Of a DNA stretch of 64,000 bases, positions 12,002 to 22,609 are shown one piece after another. The notes beneath the pieces are model-generated. The model saw only the letters and a list, made by a program, of their open reading frames with translations. It was not told where the DNA came from and made no database searches. The DNA is taken from contig JAUVZL010000005.1 of NCBI GenBank assembly GCA_030602565.1, positions 6,467 to 70,466 of the forward strand, in the 5' to 3' direction. The stretch is from Candidatus Stahliibacteriota bacterium. GTDB taxonomy: Bacteria > Hydrothermota > Tepidihabitantia > SM23-42. The stretch's first letter is position 1, and each line of letters opens with the position of its first letter. Position numbers and translations under genes: made by a program.

Positions 12002-13132
12002 ATGAAGCAATTATTAGTAGGGATAATACTCTTGGTTTGTTTAGCTGATGGACTGCAATATTCACCTCGTATCAAGGCTTTAGGTACTGATTTTGCCTGG
12101 CTTGTCCCTGATTATGAAACTGACCTTTATCAAAACCCTCAAATATTCAATGAAAAAATGCTCGGCATCGCCTATGACGCAACCTCAGCTCAACCGTTGA
12201 GCATATTCCTCAGCTCGAACCGCATTGGCGTACATGCAAAATACTGGGTAGACTATCAGTACGAGTTTTTTCCGACTTACCAGGGCTGGCGGAAGTATTC
12301 TATTTACTTTGAAGACTTGTGGCTGTTAAAAGTAAAAGACGAAGTCTGGAACTTGTTTAACGATGGTATTATCAACCGCTATGAACAGGAAGATGCATCA
12401 CTCTACCACTTAGTAAAGGACATTGAGTATTTTATCGGTTCTCAGACATCTTTTAATATCGGCAAAGTGAATATTGATTTAAAAATTGCTGCCGGGTTTT
12501 ACGAACGGGTTGAGGAACGGAATATTGGCGAAATCTACAGTCAGCGAGTTGGCATACCCAGTGGCCGAATCGGCTTATTCTACACAAATGCTTCTCAGGT
12601 AAACAGGTTCACCTCCTGGTTTGTCGACTTCGGTGGACCAATCACAACCGCCGAAATCAAGTCATTACCCTACTCAATATACCTTGACCTCGGTGATTTC
12701 GAAAGAGAGCTCAAATATTTTGCCAATACATTCACCACTCGAATCGGTTGGGCAAAGGCATTACCAATGGGAGAAAAAAGCTTTGCAGTAATCGGCTTAC
12801 GCAATGATTTTCTGTATCAACCGACCCGGAATCTTTCAACTGGTAATGATCTCCAGGCTTTTACCAATAGCTTCAGAATCCCTTTGGCAGTCGAATACCT
12901 GATTAATAAAGTTTATCTGCGCTTCGGTACAAGCTTCTTTTACAATTACAAGGATCTCAGAGAATCAACTGATACCGGTCTTGTCAGTGGACATATTTCT
13001 CACCGGTTGAGTTATTCCTATTCTTTTGGTCTTGGCTGGCACCCGAATCAACATCTGTCAATTGATCTTGATAATTATGAATATTTGACCGATCTCAGTT
13101 ATTGGTCTATTTATATCAAATGCGTCTTCTAA
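12002..13132 (+). CDS. Hypothetical protein, probable outer-membrane beta-barrel
   Basis: Signal peptide MKQLLVGIILLVCLA; aromatic alternating strands; terminal Phe. Confidence 0.55.
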   Translation: MKQLLVGIILLVCLADGLQYSPRIKALGTDFAWLVPDYETDLYQNPQIFNEKMLGIAYDATSAQPLSIFLSSNRIGVHAKYWVDYQYEFFPTYQGWRKYSIYFEDLWLLKVKDEVWNLFNDGIINRYEQEDASLYHLVKDIEYFIGSQTSFNIGKVNIDLKIAAGFYERVEERNIGEIYSQRVGIPSGRIGLFYTNASQVNRFTSWFVDFGGPITTAEIKSLPYSIYLDLGDFERELKYFANTFTTRIGWAKALPMGEKSFAVIGLRNDFLYQPTRNLSTGNDLQAFTNSFRIPLAVEYLINKVYLRFGTSFFYNYKDLRESTDTGLVSGHISHRLSYSYSFGLGWHPNQHLSIDLDNYEYLTDLSYWSIYIKCVF

Positions 13133-13159
13133 AAGAACAATGAATAGGAAACAGCAGCC

Positions 13160-13187
13160 TTGACATCTAAATCATTTAGCATATAAT
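13160..13187 (+). promoter_or_regulatory. Sigma70 promoter of tRNA-Gly (TTGACA-16-TATAAT)
   Basis: Perfect consensus hexamers. Confidence 0.85.
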
Positions 13188-13199
13188 TTTTTTGAGTTT

Positions 13200-13271
13200 G
13201 CGGGTGTAGCTCAGGGGTCGAGCATCGGCTTCCCAAGCCGAGGGTCGCGGGTTCAAATCCCGTCGCCCGCT
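13200..13271 (+). tRNA. tRNA-Gly (CCC)
   Basis: Cloverleaf; anticodon arm TCGGC-TTCCCAA-GCCGA; GGTTCAAATCC T-arm. Confidence 0.95.
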
Positions 13272-13390
13272 TTGTGCCGCAGTATGCGGCACAGCGGATA
13301 GCTTATAGCTAATGGCAAATAGCAAATTGTTTTTATTAGCAATTCGCCATAAGCTATTAGCAGCGATTCATATATGAATCGCATGGAGGT

Positions 13391-14182
13391 ATGATGGTGA
13401 TATCGAAGGTTTTCTTTATTTTGTTTTGCATCCTTGCCACCGGTCCTTTTTCAGGCGAGATGGACTGGAAAACATATACACTTAAGGCATCAGCAACTGA
13501 TCAAACAACTGCTTTTGACCTGTTGAAAAAGGAATTCAATACGCTGCAGTATGATCAAGGCATGCTGGTCATGGATTTTCTCCAGAACAACCCTGGGCTC
13601 AGCAATCAAATCTCCAGTCTTTTGCCAGATTACTGTATCCTCAAGCAGAATTACTTAACCGACGGCAGCATCGAATACGTCTACCACCTTTCTTTGACAA
13701 ATAAGATAATGGCACATCTCCTGCCCAAAACGTCTTCTGTGAAGCTCGTCGTTCCCATGTTGTGTCCGTGTTGTAGACAGGAATGGCCTGATGGCAAACC
13801 AGTCCCCCAGGGGCTCGAGCTTGTACCAAAACAGATTGAGTCCACTACGTACACAGGTATTGTCATTGACTGTCGAGATTTTGACCTGAAGCCTTGTCTT
13901 TTCCCAAGCATCTATAATGATATGCTGGAAGAGGTATACTCAGTCAGTTTTGCTGACCAGAATTCTATTATTAATAGAGGGTTGGTGCTCTACACAACAC
14001 AAGATTTACACAACAACCCGAGAATCGGTCAAAATCCCTTAAGGATTCAGGCAATCGATATTATTGGTAAAGCTGGAACTGATATTAAAATCTCTGGACC
14101 AGATGCACGTCGCATCCACGGTTCAAAGAATAATATAGAACTCCTTAAAGAATGCCGTCTCGCCATTATTTTTGGACCTTAG
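13391..14182 (+). CDS. Conserved exported hypothetical protein
   Basis: Signal peptide; C-terminal 'YTGIVIDCR...P.LFP.I...R.GQNPL.I.A' domain; RBS GGAGG. Confidence 0.6.
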   Translation: MMVISKVFFILFCILATGPFSGEMDWKTYTLKASATDQTTAFDLLKKEFNTLQYDQGMLVMDFLQNNPGLSNQISSLLPDYCILKQNYLTDGSIEYVYHLSLTNKIMAHLLPKTSSVKLVVPMLCPCCRQEWPDGKPVPQGLELVPKQIESTTYTGIVIDCRDFDLKPCLFPSIYNDMLEEVYSVSFADQNSIINRGLVLYTTQDLHNNPRIGQNPLRIQAIDIIGKAGTDIKISGPDARRIHGSKNNIELLKECRLAIIFGP

Positions 14183-14913
14183 TACTACTAATCCTAAGCT
14201 GCTCAACTTTCTTTCACCGCCGTAGTGAATTTGAAAAAGGATTAGCCGACTATCAAGCCGAGTATTTCCTGAAAGCCGCAAAGCACTTTGAGACCTATTA
14301 TGCAGAGCACATCGAATCTCAAACTACCCTGTACTACCTTTATGATTGCTACAAGAAACTCAATCAAGGAACCGAAGTAATACATGTTTTAGAACAACTG
14401 GTAAAAATCGGCAGCATGGATGCGAATGTTTACCTCAATCTGTTTCAATATTACCGCACGAATTTGCAATATAATGACCTCTACACATTGCTCAACAATT
14501 TGAAGCCGCCAGTCGCCAGCATTTTTAATGAAAAACACGCCTTGACCAGAAAACTCTATGCAGAAATTATTAGCGGCGCAACGGATCGTTCAGTGTATGC
14601 AGACCCAATGGTTTTTGCAGTATCTGAAAAATATCTTCCATTATTTCCCGACAGTAAATTCTATGACCATGATACACTAACTAATAAAAACCTCATTATT
14701 CTTTTTGATAAACTAGTTGAACCTATTTACCCGAAGACATTCTATACCATGAAAATAGTTCAAACCAATTCCTTTATTTACTTACCATACATGAGATTGG
14801 TTCACCTCGGAATCATGGATTTCAACGCTGACTTGGACCCTGATGCAAAAGCCCTGGTCACCTCTGCGGTCAAAGGAATCGCCCGACTCAAAAATAGAGG
14901 ATTGATTGACTAA
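14152..14913 (+). CDS. TPR-containing lipoprotein
   Basis: Lipobox 'LILSC'; TPR-like helices 'FEKGLADYQAEYFLKAAKHFE'. Confidence 0.6.
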   Translation: MPSRHYFWTLVLLILSCSTFFHRRSEFEKGLADYQAEYFLKAAKHFETYYAEHIESQTTLYYLYDCYKKLNQGTEVIHVLEQLVKIGSMDANVYLNLFQYYRTNLQYNDLYTLLNNLKPPVASIFNEKHALTRKLYAEIISGATDRSVYADPMVFAVSEKYLPLFPDSKFYDHDTLTNKNLIILFDKLVEPIYPKTFYTMKIVQTNSFIYLPYMRLVHLGIMDFNADLDPDAKALVTSAVKGIARLKNRGLID

Positions 14914-16153
14914 GTTAATAGATCGCTATTTTCTCCGAGAGTTTGTGCCACCTTTCTTTTTCTCAGCTGTAGCACTGACTTTTATTCTGTTAATGGACCA
15001 ATTGTTTCGTCTGATTGATCTCTTTGTAAGAAAGGGGCTGCCATTTGACATCGTTGGCCAAATTCTGATCTACACCCTGCCTTTAATAGTTTCATATACT
15101 GCACCAATGGCAATCCTTGTGGCAATTATCATGACCTTTGGCCGTTTTTCTGGGGACAACGAGATTCTTGCCCTGAAAATAAGTGGTCAGACTTTCTTTT
15201 CGGTTATGAAAACACCTTTTGTAGTAACCCTTTTATTTATGTTTTTCCTCATGTTTTTCAACAGCTTCGTACTCCCTGAGTCAAACCATCGGGTGAGAAA
15301 TCTCATGCTTGACATATCAAGGAAGCGACCAGCTATAAGGTTGCCGGAGGGAGTTTTTACAAACGAATTTCCCGGTTACATGGTATATGTAGGTAGAAAA
15401 GATGAGCACCGGTCAAAGCTCTACGATATAACTATTTACGATCTCCGTAATAGCTTAATGATGACTGCTCCTCATGGTGAACTCAAAGATTTTGAAAAAG
15501 AGGGAATCCTCCAATTCATTCTCTATGACGGCGAACTACATCAGCTCATTGATAATGCTACGTACCAGCGAACAAATTTCAGCAAACAGACTATTAATAT
15601 GACGGTAAATACTGAACTGGTAAGAAAGGAAAGAAAGCATCGTAACCAGAATGAACTCAATATATTTGGACTCAAGTCCAGAATTGATCAAACAAGACAG
15701 GAAATCTTATCACTAAACACTGAGATCACTGAAATCGGCACCGTGGCGATAACCAAGTTCATTAACGGTGATATCACAAACCTTGATGCTGCACGATTCA
15801 AAATCGGAAAAAAAATCAATGTAATAAAAGGTAAACAAAGGAAAATATCACGGTATTTAGTCGAATTCAATAAGAAATTCTCATTGGCTATTGCCTGTAT
15901 CCTCTTTGTTTTAATAGGTGCTCCATTAGGTTATCTTTTCCGGCGTGGTGGGATTGGCGGAGTTCTTATCGGCATTCTGCTGTTTTCGTCATACTACATC
16001 CTCGTCCTTGCGGGCGAGGAATTTGCCGACCGACGCGGTTTTTCACCGTACTGGGCAATGTGGTTACCTAATATTGTACTCTTTATCTCGGGGCTCTATC
16101 TCTTTCTCCTCGCTGAGTATGAAAGGTCGCCTCTCAAGCGGTTTCTAAAATGA
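14906..16153 (+). CDS. lptF: LPS export ABC permease LptF/LptG family
   Basis: 'LIDRYFLREF', 'D.EILALKISG', 'PESNHR', C-terminal 'P...AMWLPNI'. Confidence 0.85.
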   Translation: MTKLIDRYFLREFVPPFFFSAVALTFILLMDQLFRLIDLFVRKGLPFDIVGQILIYTLPLIVSYTAPMAILVAIIMTFGRFSGDNEILALKISGQTFFSVMKTPFVVTLLFMFFLMFFNSFVLPESNHRVRNLMLDISRKRPAIRLPEGVFTNEFPGYMVYVGRKDEHRSKLYDITIYDLRNSLMMTAPHGELKDFEKEGILQFILYDGELHQLIDNATYQRTNFSKQTINMTVNTELVRKERKHRNQNELNIFGLKSRIDQTRQEILSLNTEITEIGTVAITKFINGDITNLDAARFKIGKKINVIKGKQRKISRYLVEFNKKFSLAIACILFVLIGAPLGYLFRRGGIGGVLIGILLFSSYYILVLAGEEFADRRGFSPYWAMWLPNIVLFISGLYLFLLAEYERSPLKRFLK

Positions 16154-17229
16154 AAGTGATTAACCGTTACGTACTCAGCAGTTTCCTGAAATATCTATTC
16201 CTTTGCCTCGGGGTCCTGATATTTATCTATGTCGTGATAAATCTATTTGACAACCTGGGGAAATTCTTAGCTAAGGATGCCCTGGCAAAAGATATTCTCC
16301 TCTACTATGTCTACCTAACACCTTCCTACCTTATACTCCTCATCCCTATAGGGTCAATAATGGCAGTCTTTTTCGTCTTCGGTATCATGACAAAAAATAA
16401 AGAGTTAATTGCTTTAAAAACTTGTGGTTTGAATACAAATCGTCTGTTTATGTTAATTCTTTCTGCCGGTTTAATGATTTCTATACTGACCTTTGTCTTC
16501 CAAGAAACAACTGGTGTCTGGTCACAGGCAAAGTTATTTGAACACCAAAAGGAAAAAATCAATAAGCGGCCTAAACGACCACAGCACAGGCGCAATAATT
16601 TTTTCTACCAAGGCGAAGATGACTGGGTCTATTTTATCAAGAGGTTTGACGCCAAAACGCAAATGATTAACATGGTTATCCTCTGGCAGATATCCAAGGA
16701 GAACAAAATCAAGAAGAGAATCGATGCTGCGACTGGAGTATATGATGAATACTGGAAATTTAGCCAGGCGACATATCGAGAATTTGACGAACAAGGTAAT
16801 GAAACGGTGAAAACCTATCCAGTTTTAGAAATGCCCGAGCTCAAGGAAAAACCCGAGGATTTTATGAAGAGAATAAAGCCAGTTGAAGAAATGAATTTTG
16901 TCCAGATCTACAAATTCGTGCAGAAAAGGGCGCGCGCTGGCGAGAATATCGCGAAGGAAGAAGTAGAACTAAATTACCGTTTTTCTAACCCTATAATAAC
17001 GATAATTATTTTACTCATTACGCTTCCTCTTTCTGTAGTATTAAAAAAAGGCGGCATTGCGATTGGCTTAGGCATAAGTGTCGCCATAGCATTTACCTAT
17101 TGGGGACTCATTCAATCATGCCGCGCCTACGGGGTTGCCGGTTTAATGGACCCGCTTTTAGCTGCCTGGCTTCCAAATATGCTCTTTGGAGCGGTGGGCA
17201 TTGTTTTAATACTCAAAGTACCGAGATAG
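16150..17229 (+). CDS. lptG: LPS export ABC permease LptF/LptG family
   Basis: 'KVINRYVLSSFLK', 'NKELIALKTCG', 'PLLAAWLPN'; tandem with the preceding paralog. Confidence 0.85.
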   Translation: MKVINRYVLSSFLKYLFLCLGVLIFIYVVINLFDNLGKFLAKDALAKDILLYYVYLTPSYLILLIPIGSIMAVFFVFGIMTKNKELIALKTCGLNTNRLFMLILSAGLMISILTFVFQETTGVWSQAKLFEHQKEKINKRPKRPQHRRNNFFYQGEDDWVYFIKRFDAKTQMINMVILWQISKENKIKKRIDAATGVYDEYWKFSQATYREFDEQGNETVKTYPVLEMPELKEKPEDFMKRIKPVEEMNFVQIYKFVQKRARAGENIAKEEVELNYRFSNPIITIIILLITLPLSVVLKKGGIAIGLGISVAIAFTYWGLIQSCRAYGVAGLMDPLLAAWLPNMLFGAVGIVLILKVPR

Positions 17230-17295
17230 ATGGTTCCAGCCTTCTCCTGTCTTCTTAATCTTGACATTTTTCCAAAATAAGTTACAATAAAGCCT

Positions 17296-18141
17296 ATGTG
17301 GTTTAAGAAGAAAGTTAAAGCAAGGACTGAAGAGAAACTGAAATTGCCCGATGGGTTGTGGGTCAAATGTGAAACCTGTGGGGAAATATTATATCGTAAA
17401 GAGCTGGAAAAGAATCTTTGGATCTGCCCAAAATGCAATTTCCATTTCAGGATAAACCATCACAACTATATTTCCCTGCTGCTTGATGGCGCGAAATTAG
17501 AGGAAAAAGATAAAGATCTTGAGCCCCTTGACCCTTTAGATTTTCCTGAATACAAGAAAAAACAAAAGATCGCCCAGGAAAAAACCGGCATGAAAGAAGG
17601 CGCTGTCTATGGTCTTGCCAGTATCGGAGAAATCCCAGTTGTTTTTGCTGCTATGGACTTCGCTTTTATGGGCGGCAGCATGGGCTCGGTGATAGGCGAA
17701 AAAATAGCCCGTGCAATACGGACCGCACGTGAGAAAAAACTGCCCCTCATAATCTTATCAGCATCTGGTGGCGCCCGGATGCAAGAGGGAATTCTTTCCT
17801 TAATGCAAATGGCAAAAACATCTGCCGAGTTAGCACTTTTGGCACAGGAGAAAATACCCTATATCTCAATCCTCACCCACCCAACGACCGCCGGCGTCAT
17901 GGCATCCTATGCTTCTTTGGGTGATATCATTATCACCGAACCTGGAGCCCTGCTTGGCTTTACTGGTGCTCGAGTTGCCCAACAGACTATCGGCGAGAAA
18001 TTTCCGCCGGGCCTGCAGCGTTCAGAGAATCTATTAGCACACGGCATGATCGATCTTGTCGTGTCGCGAAAGGAACTTAGAAGCACGCTTATAAGAATAT
18101 TAAGTATTATATGGAAGCATGGCAAAGCTCCAACTAAATAA
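17296..18141 (+). CDS. accD: Acetyl-CoA carboxylase carboxyltransferase beta subunit
   Basis: LWVKCETC...CPKC zinc finger; DFAFMGGSMG; SGGARMQEG. Confidence 0.97.
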   Translation: MWFKKKVKARTEEKLKLPDGLWVKCETCGEILYRKELEKNLWICPKCNFHFRINHHNYISLLLDGAKLEEKDKDLEPLDPLDFPEYKKKQKIAQEKTGMKEGAVYGLASIGEIPVVFAAMDFAFMGGSMGSVIGEKIARAIRTAREKKLPLIILSASGGARMQEGILSLMQMAKTSAELALLAQEKIPYISILTHPTTAGVMASYASLGDIIITEPGALLGFTGARVAQQTIGEKFPPGLQRSENLLAHGMIDLVVSRKELRSTLIRILSIIWKHGKAPTK

Positions 18142-18209
18142 AGTCACTAAGATATACGGTCTACCTGAAGGACTTCTGCCGCGTACTGGAGAACTGTTTA
18201 CGCTCAGGA

Positions 18210-20330
18210 TTGACCCGGCTAAAATATATCTATTCGATGCGAAGAATAAACAAGCGCTTCAATAAACGCCACCGCGTTCGCTGGGCGATTATCATACTCA
18301 TCTCACTATTATTTGGTATTTGTACTGGTACGTATATCTCGATTATCCGAGACCTACCACCCAGTGCATCGATATCCTTTTTCATGGCTCCAGTCGCCAC
18401 AAAAGTTTATGATGACAACGATAATCTGATTAGCGAATTCTTCATTGAAAGGCGAGAATTGGCAAAATTGGAACGCATCCCTCATTATTTAAAAGACGGC
18501 GTCATTTGCATTGAAGACAAAGCGTTTTACAAACACTGGGGAATCGATCTTCTTGCCCTAATAAGAGCGATGATTACAAATATCCTCCATATGCGGGTTG
18601 TCCAGGGTGGCAGCACAATAACAATGCAATTAGCCAGAAACATGTTTCTTACACTCGAGCAGACTATGGGTAGAAAGTTGAAAGAGATGGTAATTGCTAT
18701 TCGTATCGAACGAACGTATACAAAAGATGAAATCCTTGAGCGATATTTGAATCAAATCAATTTTGGTCGGGGTCGATACGGTGTAGCTACGGCGGCAAGA
18801 TATTATTTTGACAAAGAGATCACCGAGCTTACCCTAACTGAATGCGCTCTCTTGATAGCTTTACCAAAGTCACCTGAAAACTACTCGCCATATAAACATC
18901 CGGCTATTGCCAAGCAGAGAAGAGACCTGGTATTAAAGGTAATGTTCGAGAATAACCTTATTTCCAGCGCCCAATATGAAAAAGCTGTAGAAGAATCAAT
19001 CCTCGTCATCGAACACAAAGAGCAGAAGCGTTTCGGTGAATATTATGTTGAGGAAATCAGAAGATATCTCGAGCTTAAATACGGACCCGAATTTCTCTAT
19101 CGCAGTGGCGCACATATCTATACGACATTAAATACTGATATCCAGAAAGTCGCTGAAGAAATAGTAGAAAAACATCTGGTTCAGGTTGAAAAGGACTATA
19201 GATTTAAAAACACAAAAGCGAAATTTGATTCAATCGGTCTGGCTGATACATTGAAATACTCGCCTTATCTTCAGGGTGCGCTTATTGTCATGGATTACCA
19301 CACGGGTGAAATCAAAGCACTCGTTGGCGGACGTGATTTTTCCCAGAGTAAATGGAATCGTGCAACGCAAGCCAAGCGCCAGGCAGGTAGTGCCTTTAAG
19401 GTCTTTGTTTTTACTGCCGCCATTGCCATCGGTTTTACACCATCTGACATTGTTCTCGATCTACCCATTGTCCTTGAGGTTCCTGGTATGGACAGTATTT
19501 ATAGACCGTCGAATTATGACCGTAAATTCATGGGTCCAATTACCATAAAACAGGCTTTAAAGCATTCCAGAAACCTGGCGGCAATCCGTTTAATACGTAA
19601 TATCGGGCCAGAACTTGTTGTGCAGTACGCCCATAACCTCGGTGTAAATTCACCATTGCTCGCAGTCGTATCTTTGGCTTTAGGTTCTTGTGGCGTTAGT
19701 TTGATAGAAATGGTTAGCGCGGTTGGTACAATAGCTAATTTGGGAGAAAAAGTCGCACCAAATTATATACGGAAAATAACCGACCGTGATGGTACGATCA
19801 TTGAAATGAACAGCCCCTTCCCAGAAAATAAACTGTCACCGCAGATCAGCTATATCATGACCAATATGATGCGCTCGGTAGTTGATGGCGGCACGGCTTA
19901 TCGCATAAGAAGATATTATAAAGGACCAGCTGCTGGAAAGACAGGGACGACCAACAATTATTCTGATACATGGTTTATCGGCTACACACCTAAGTATATC
20001 TGTGGAGTATGGCTTGGCAATGATAATAATGATCGGATATTTAGAGGGGCAACCGGAGGTAATGTCGCGGCGCCGATCTGGGGCGACCTCATGGATAAAA
20101 TAAACAAGCCGCCTTATGGCGTATTCCCCAAACCCACTGGGTTAGTGAACCGCCGCATCTGCTCACAAACCGGTCTTTTGGCACGCCAATTCTGCCCCAA
20201 GGTGAGCGAAGAAGTCTTTATCAATGGTACTGAACCAAAAGATTCATGTGATATTCATGGTTTTGAAGGCGGTTTTGATTATCAGGATGATTTCGAAAAA
20301 ATCAACGATTTAGATACTGATAGTTATTAA
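18210..20330 (+). CDS. Class A penicillin-binding protein (PBP1A family)
   Basis: Transglycosylase EDKAFYKHWG, QGGSTITMQL, RKLKE; transpeptidase SAFK, SRN, KTGT; start may be ATG 18237. Confidence 0.95.
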   Translation: MTRLKYIYSMRRINKRFNKRHRVRWAIIILISLLFGICTGTYISIIRDLPPSASISFFMAPVATKVYDDNDNLISEFFIERRELAKLERIPHYLKDGVICIEDKAFYKHWGIDLLALIRAMITNILHMRVVQGGSTITMQLARNMFLTLEQTMGRKLKEMVIAIRIERTYTKDEILERYLNQINFGRGRYGVATAARYYFDKEITELTLTECALLIALPKSPENYSPYKHPAIAKQRRDLVLKVMFENNLISSAQYEKAVEESILVIEHKEQKRFGEYYVEEIRRYLELKYGPEFLYRSGAHIYTTLNTDIQKVAEEIVEKHLVQVEKDYRFKNTKAKFDSIGLADTLKYSPYLQGALIVMDYHTGEIKALVGGRDFSQSKWNRATQAKRQAGSAFKVFVFTAAIAIGFTPSDIVLDLPIVLEVPGMDSIYRPSNYDRKFMGPITIKQALKHSRNLAAIRLIRNIGPELVVQYAHNLGVNSPLLAVVSLALGSCGVSLIEMVSAVGTIANLGEKVAPNYIRKITDRDGTIIEMNSPFPENKLSPQISYIMTNMMRSVVDGGTAYRIRRYYKGPAAGKTGTTNNYSDTWFIGYTPKYICGVWLGNDNNDRIFRGATGGNVAAPIWGDLMDKINKPPYGVFPKPTGLVNRRICSQTGLLARQFCPKVSEEVFINGTEPKDSCDIHGFEGGFDYQDDFEKINDLDTDSY

Positions 20331-20833
20331 GACATGCGAAGGATAGAATAGACCAAAATGATGAAAAGGACAACAAAAATTGTCGATATTTCGCCTTTAC
20401 AATTCACCAATTTAAAGTGTGCTTTTGTTTTAGGTAAATCTTTTAGATAATTCGATTCGCTCATAATAATAAGCGTATACACGAACAAGAACAAAACCAT
20501 AATCAGAACGGCAAACCATATTGCTGGATTAAAGAGTAGAACAACACCTAAAACAAGAAAAAAGTTCCCGACATATAAAGGATGTTTTAGATATTTATAA
20601 GGAGCATTGATTATCCAGCACCCGGTGGAAAAATTTGTCGCTCTGGCTTTTTTGCCGATATATCCAGCCGCCCAAAATCTGATGATCAATCCGATAAATA
20701 TTATAAAATAAGGGATGATTTTGATATGTCCAGGTCTTGAGAGAATGACGAGTAGAATAAAAAAAGGAACGGCGATCACTGCCCGATAACGATAAAGAAA
20801 ACGTCCAAGAGAAATAAGCTTATTATCTATCAT
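20327..20833 (-). CDS. Isoprenylcysteine carboxylmethyltransferase-family membrane protein
   Basis: 'IRFWAAGYI', 'PYKYLKHPLYVGN', hydrophobic helices. Confidence 0.75.
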   Translation of the reverse strand: MIDNKLISLGRFLYRYRAVIAVPFFILLVILSRPGHIKIIPYFIIFIGLIIRFWAAGYIGKKARATNFSTGCWIINAPYKYLKHPLYVGNFFLVLGVVLLFNPAIWFAVLIMVLFLFVYTLIIMSESNYLKDLPKTKAHFKLVNCKGEISTIFVVLFIILVYSILRMS

Positions 20834-20845
20834 CTGTTACACTCT

Positions 20846-20950
20846 AATCCCTATTCCCTGATCCCTATTCCCTGATCCCTATTCCCTAATTCCTGTTCTC
20901 TGATTCCTGATTTCTATTCTCTGATTCCTGTTCCCTAATTCCTGCTCCCT
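20846..20950. repeat. Degenerate heptamer tandem repeat (15 units, consensus about RWTYCCT)
   Basis: aatccct attccct gatccct attccct gatccct attccct aattcct ... gctccct. Confidence 0.9.
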
Positions 20951-20956
20951 ACATCA

Positions 20957-21040
20957 TGCCGGGAAGGGGATTTGAACCCCTACACCCTTGCGGGCACTAG
21001 GTCCTGAACCTAGCGCGTCTCCCAATTCCGCCATCCCGGC
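20957..21040 (-). tRNA. tRNA-Leu (CAG)
   Basis: GCCGGGATGGCGGAATTGG...CTAGG-TTCAGGA-CCTAG, long variable arm, GGTTCAAATCC. Confidence 0.96.
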
Positions 21041-21141
21041 TTTTATCACCAGATACTAAGCAGTCCCGGTTGAATAGTTATCACATTCTACGGGATAAAT
21101 AAGTACTAAGCACTGATATTATAGTTAAAGGACTTCATATG

Positions 21142-21333
21142 TCAATAACTGCCACCTTTTTTTATTTTTCTCCAGCCTAAGTCTTTGATTAACATTATTC
21201 CATGTAAAGTTATGCAAATTGTCTGCTCATTTGCCAATCTCAGTCTTATTGTCTTATCATCTCTGTATACAATTTCACCACGATATATGTGATTATCCAT
21301 GAGTTTAACTTCATAAAGATGTACTGTTTTCAA
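21142..21333 (-). CDS. Small hypothetical protein
   Basis: 63-aa ORF with upstream TTGACA-17-TATAAT (21384-21356); divergent from the XRE gene. Confidence 0.45.
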   Translation of the reverse strand: MKTVHLYEVKLMDNHIYRGEIVYRDDKTIRLRLANEQTICITLHGIMLIKDLGWRKIKKGGSY

Positions 21334-21439
21334 TATTTATCCTTAAAATCGCGTGATTATATTCACTGTAGTATATTTTGTCAAGTGTTTTGTTCTCTTT
21401 AGACTGTAGAAAAATCAGTTTGCTTGATTATATTTATCA

Positions 21440-21766
21440 ATGAAAGAAAATACTATTTTACGTAAATTTGCTAAACGAATCAGAGAATTAAGAAAAATTA
21501 AAAAAATGTCTCAGGAACAGTTGGCTGAAAAGGCTGATTTGCATCCAACTTTCATTGGTAACCTCGAAAGAGCTGAGAAAAATCCAACACTCATTTCTTT
21601 AGAGAAAATTGCTAGAGCTTTCAATGTTTCGCTTTTTGAATTGTTGGCTTTTTCTGATGATAAAAAGATTGTTGATGCTAAGGTCCAAGATATTGATAAA
21701 TTAATTGAATTTGTAAAAGATGCTCTGGATTTGGCAAAGAACTATAAGGTGGATAAAAAGAAGTAA
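21440..21766 (+). CDS. XRE-family helix-turn-helix regulator
   Basis: 'RIRELRKIKKMSQEQLAEKADLHPTFIGNLERAEKNPTLISLEKIARAF'. Confidence 0.92.
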   Translation: MKENTILRKFAKRIRELRKIKKMSQEQLAEKADLHPTFIGNLERAEKNPTLISLEKIARAFNVSLFELLAFSDDKKIVDAKVQDIDKLIEFVKDALDLAKNYKVDKKK

Positions 21767-21771
21767 AAACC

Positions 21772-21853
21772 GCTGCAATTTTTTCATCTGCGAAGCAGTC
21801 GTTTCTCCGTGTCTCCGTTTCACCCATTCTCCGATTCTTAGGAAAGATTTGAC
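21772..21853 (+). repeat. 82-bp direct repeat, copy 1
   Basis: Identical by eye to 22835-22916. Confidence 0.92.
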
Positions 21854-21984
21854 CCCATATGTTCCTCATCTTCACTTTTATCTTTTAAAAAATACATCAA
21901 AAAGTACAGTTTTATCTTTTGCCTCTCAAAAAACAAATTCGATGCTTGACTTAGAATTCAAATTAATTATAATAATGTGAGGTT

Positions 21985-22176
21985 TTGATGACAATAAAGG
22001 ATGCTATAATTAAAGAAATAAAAATGCTTAAAGAGGATGATTTGCGTTATCTTCGGACATTGCTGAAACAAATAGAGAAAAGAAAACCTAAAAAGTTTGA
22101 GACACGAGCTCTCGGGTTAATCAAAAAAGTCAACCGTCAGAAATTGTATGACGAATATTTATCTAATAGATACTAA
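21985..22176 (+). CDS. Putative antitoxin (VapB-like)
   Basis: Small ORF overlapping the start of a PIN gene; promoter TTGACT-16-TATAAT at 21946-21973. Confidence 0.65.
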   Translation: MMTIKDAIIKEIKMLKEDDLRYLRTLLKQIEKRKPKKFETRALGLIKKVNRQKLYDEYLSNRY

Positions 22177-22609
22177 TGTTCTGATTTATGCAATCGACGA
22201 GAAATCAAAATTCCACATTGATTCGGTGGAAATTTTTGAACAAGCTAAGAAGGATAAGTTTATTCCTTGTATTGCCTATCAAAGCATATTAGAATGTTAC
22301 GCAATAATAACTGATGTTAAGCGTGTAAGAAATCCATTAAATCCTGTACAAGCACTTGCTTTGCTGACTAATAATTATTTAGACAACCCATTATTTCTTA
22401 AAATTCATCAGCGGAGTGAAACAGCAAAACGCACATTAAGCATTGCTGTAAAACATCGATTGTCAAAACAACAAATCTTTGATGCATTATTAATTCAAAC
22501 TATGCTCGATAATGGAATAAAGCAGATTGTTACTTACAATATCAAAGACTTTATACGATTTAAGAAAATTAAAGCAATTCAGCCAGCTACATTGTTGGCA
22601 GAAAAATAG
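22148..22609 (+). CDS. PIN-domain (VapC-like) toxin
   Basis: 'LIDTNVLIYA', 'E.Y', 'FDALL', 'IVTYNIKDF'. Confidence 0.9.
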   Translation: MTNIYLIDTNVLIYAIDEKSKFHIDSVEIFEQAKKDKFIPCIAYQSILECYAIITDVKRVRNPLNPVQALALLTNNYLDNPLFLKIHQRSETAKRTLSIAVKHRLSKQQIFDALLIQTMLDNGIKQIVTYNIKDFIRFKKIKAIQPATLLAEK

